Source: a virus
Length of the DNA stretch: 31,851 nt
IMG/VR virus record: IMGVR_UViG_3300018073_000005
Span: 1 to 31,851 of that record
Reading direction: 5' to 3' (one strand)
Within the stretch, counting starts at the first letter, position 1. Every line of letters starts with the position of its first letter. Shown in pieces: positions 31,577-31,851 of the stretch. The translations under genes and the position numbers were made by a program. Under the pieces are notes generated by a model. That model was given only the letters and a program-made list of their open reading frames with translations, searched no databases and had not been told where the DNA came from.

Positions 31577-31851
31577 ATGTCTGTGGCCTTTGATAGCGAC
31601 ATGCTCTCACTAGCGCTGAATCCGTCGCTCCCTCCACCGATTGATCCGAAGACGGGCGAGCCGGTCGTGAAGGCAGCCGAGCGGCTGGAGTACCTGATCG
31701 CGGACCTGGAGAAAACGCGCACACGCGTCATTGTGCCGACGCCAGCCCTGAGTGAGTTCCTAGTGATTGCCGACGAAAGCGGCCCGGACTATCTGGCCGA
31801 GATCGACAAGAAGGCCGCGTTCAGCATTGAGTCGTTCGATGCACGGGCGGC
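31577..31851 (+). CDS. PIN-like nuclease domain ORF, N-terminal part; runs off the window end and continues at 124 after circularisation (nominal stop at 280)
   Basis: Sequence is MSVAFDSDMLSLAL...RVIVPTPALSEFLVIAD...FSIESFDARAA. This fits the first acidic strand, the S/T-E-hydrophobic motif and the F-D-x-x-A motif of PIN/VapC folds. GC3 is coding-like up to about position 123. It is in frame with the listed ORF 5..280. Confidence 0.45.
   Translation, partial: MSVAFDSDMLSLALNPSLPPPIDPKTGEPVVKAAERLEYLIADLEKTRTRVIVPTPALSEFLVIADESGPDYLAEIDKKAAFSIESFDARA
31729..31851. repeat. Terminal overlap copy 2 (identical to 1-123)
   Basis: 123/123 identity by hand comparison. Confidence 0.95.

Larger units (their letters stand above)
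1..31851. mobile_element. Temperate tailed-phage genome (siphovirus-type, HK97-fold head), apparently complete and circularly closed; unit length 31728 bp
   Basis: Contains a contiguous packaging/head/tail module, a recombination/replication module and a lysogeny module (Cro-like, CI-like, Xis-like, tyrosine integrase, tRNA-derived attP). Bases 1-123 are identical to 31729-31851. Confidence 0.85.

Overview
This window is a high-GC (roughly two-thirds G+C by eye), apparently complete temperate siphovirus-type phage genome. Bases 1-123 are identical to 31729-31851, so the contig closes into a 31,728-bp circle. Most genes are on the minus strand and many are coupled by ATGA/GTGA overlaps. In transcription order they are: Cro-like and Xis-like regulators; a RecT recombinase with PD-(D/E)XK nuclease; a replication-organizer-like gene; RusA; three small membrane proteins; a BppU-like protein with a collagen-motif fibre; an HNH with TerL; a prohead-protease/major-capsid fusion; portal; connectors; tail tube; a G/GT chaperone with a dnaX-type -1 slippery site; tape measure; and distal tail proteins. 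The plus strand carries a CI-like repressor, a tyrosine integrase, an attP built on the 3' part of a tRNA-Arg(CCU) and flanked by 13-bp arm-type repeats, a low-GC free-standing HNH homing endonuclease, and a four-ORF accessory cassette ending in a PIN-like ORF that crosses the circle junction. The most unusual element is a ~0.9-kb non-coding tract (22363-23280) made of about 180 phased pentamers (NNNCC on plus, GGNNN on minus) with strong C/G strand skew. It sits in the replication/recombination module and I cannot assign it to any described element class. Other points worth follow-up are an AT-rich hexamer-repeat island inside the putative initiator gene (candidate lambda-O-style ori), a RecT ending in an SSB-like DIPF tip, a 10-bp tandem repeat that shares a 10-mer with attP, and an RHH/HTH pair with a palindrome abutting the capsid start codon. 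All functional calls rest on my own motif recognition. No database searches were run.
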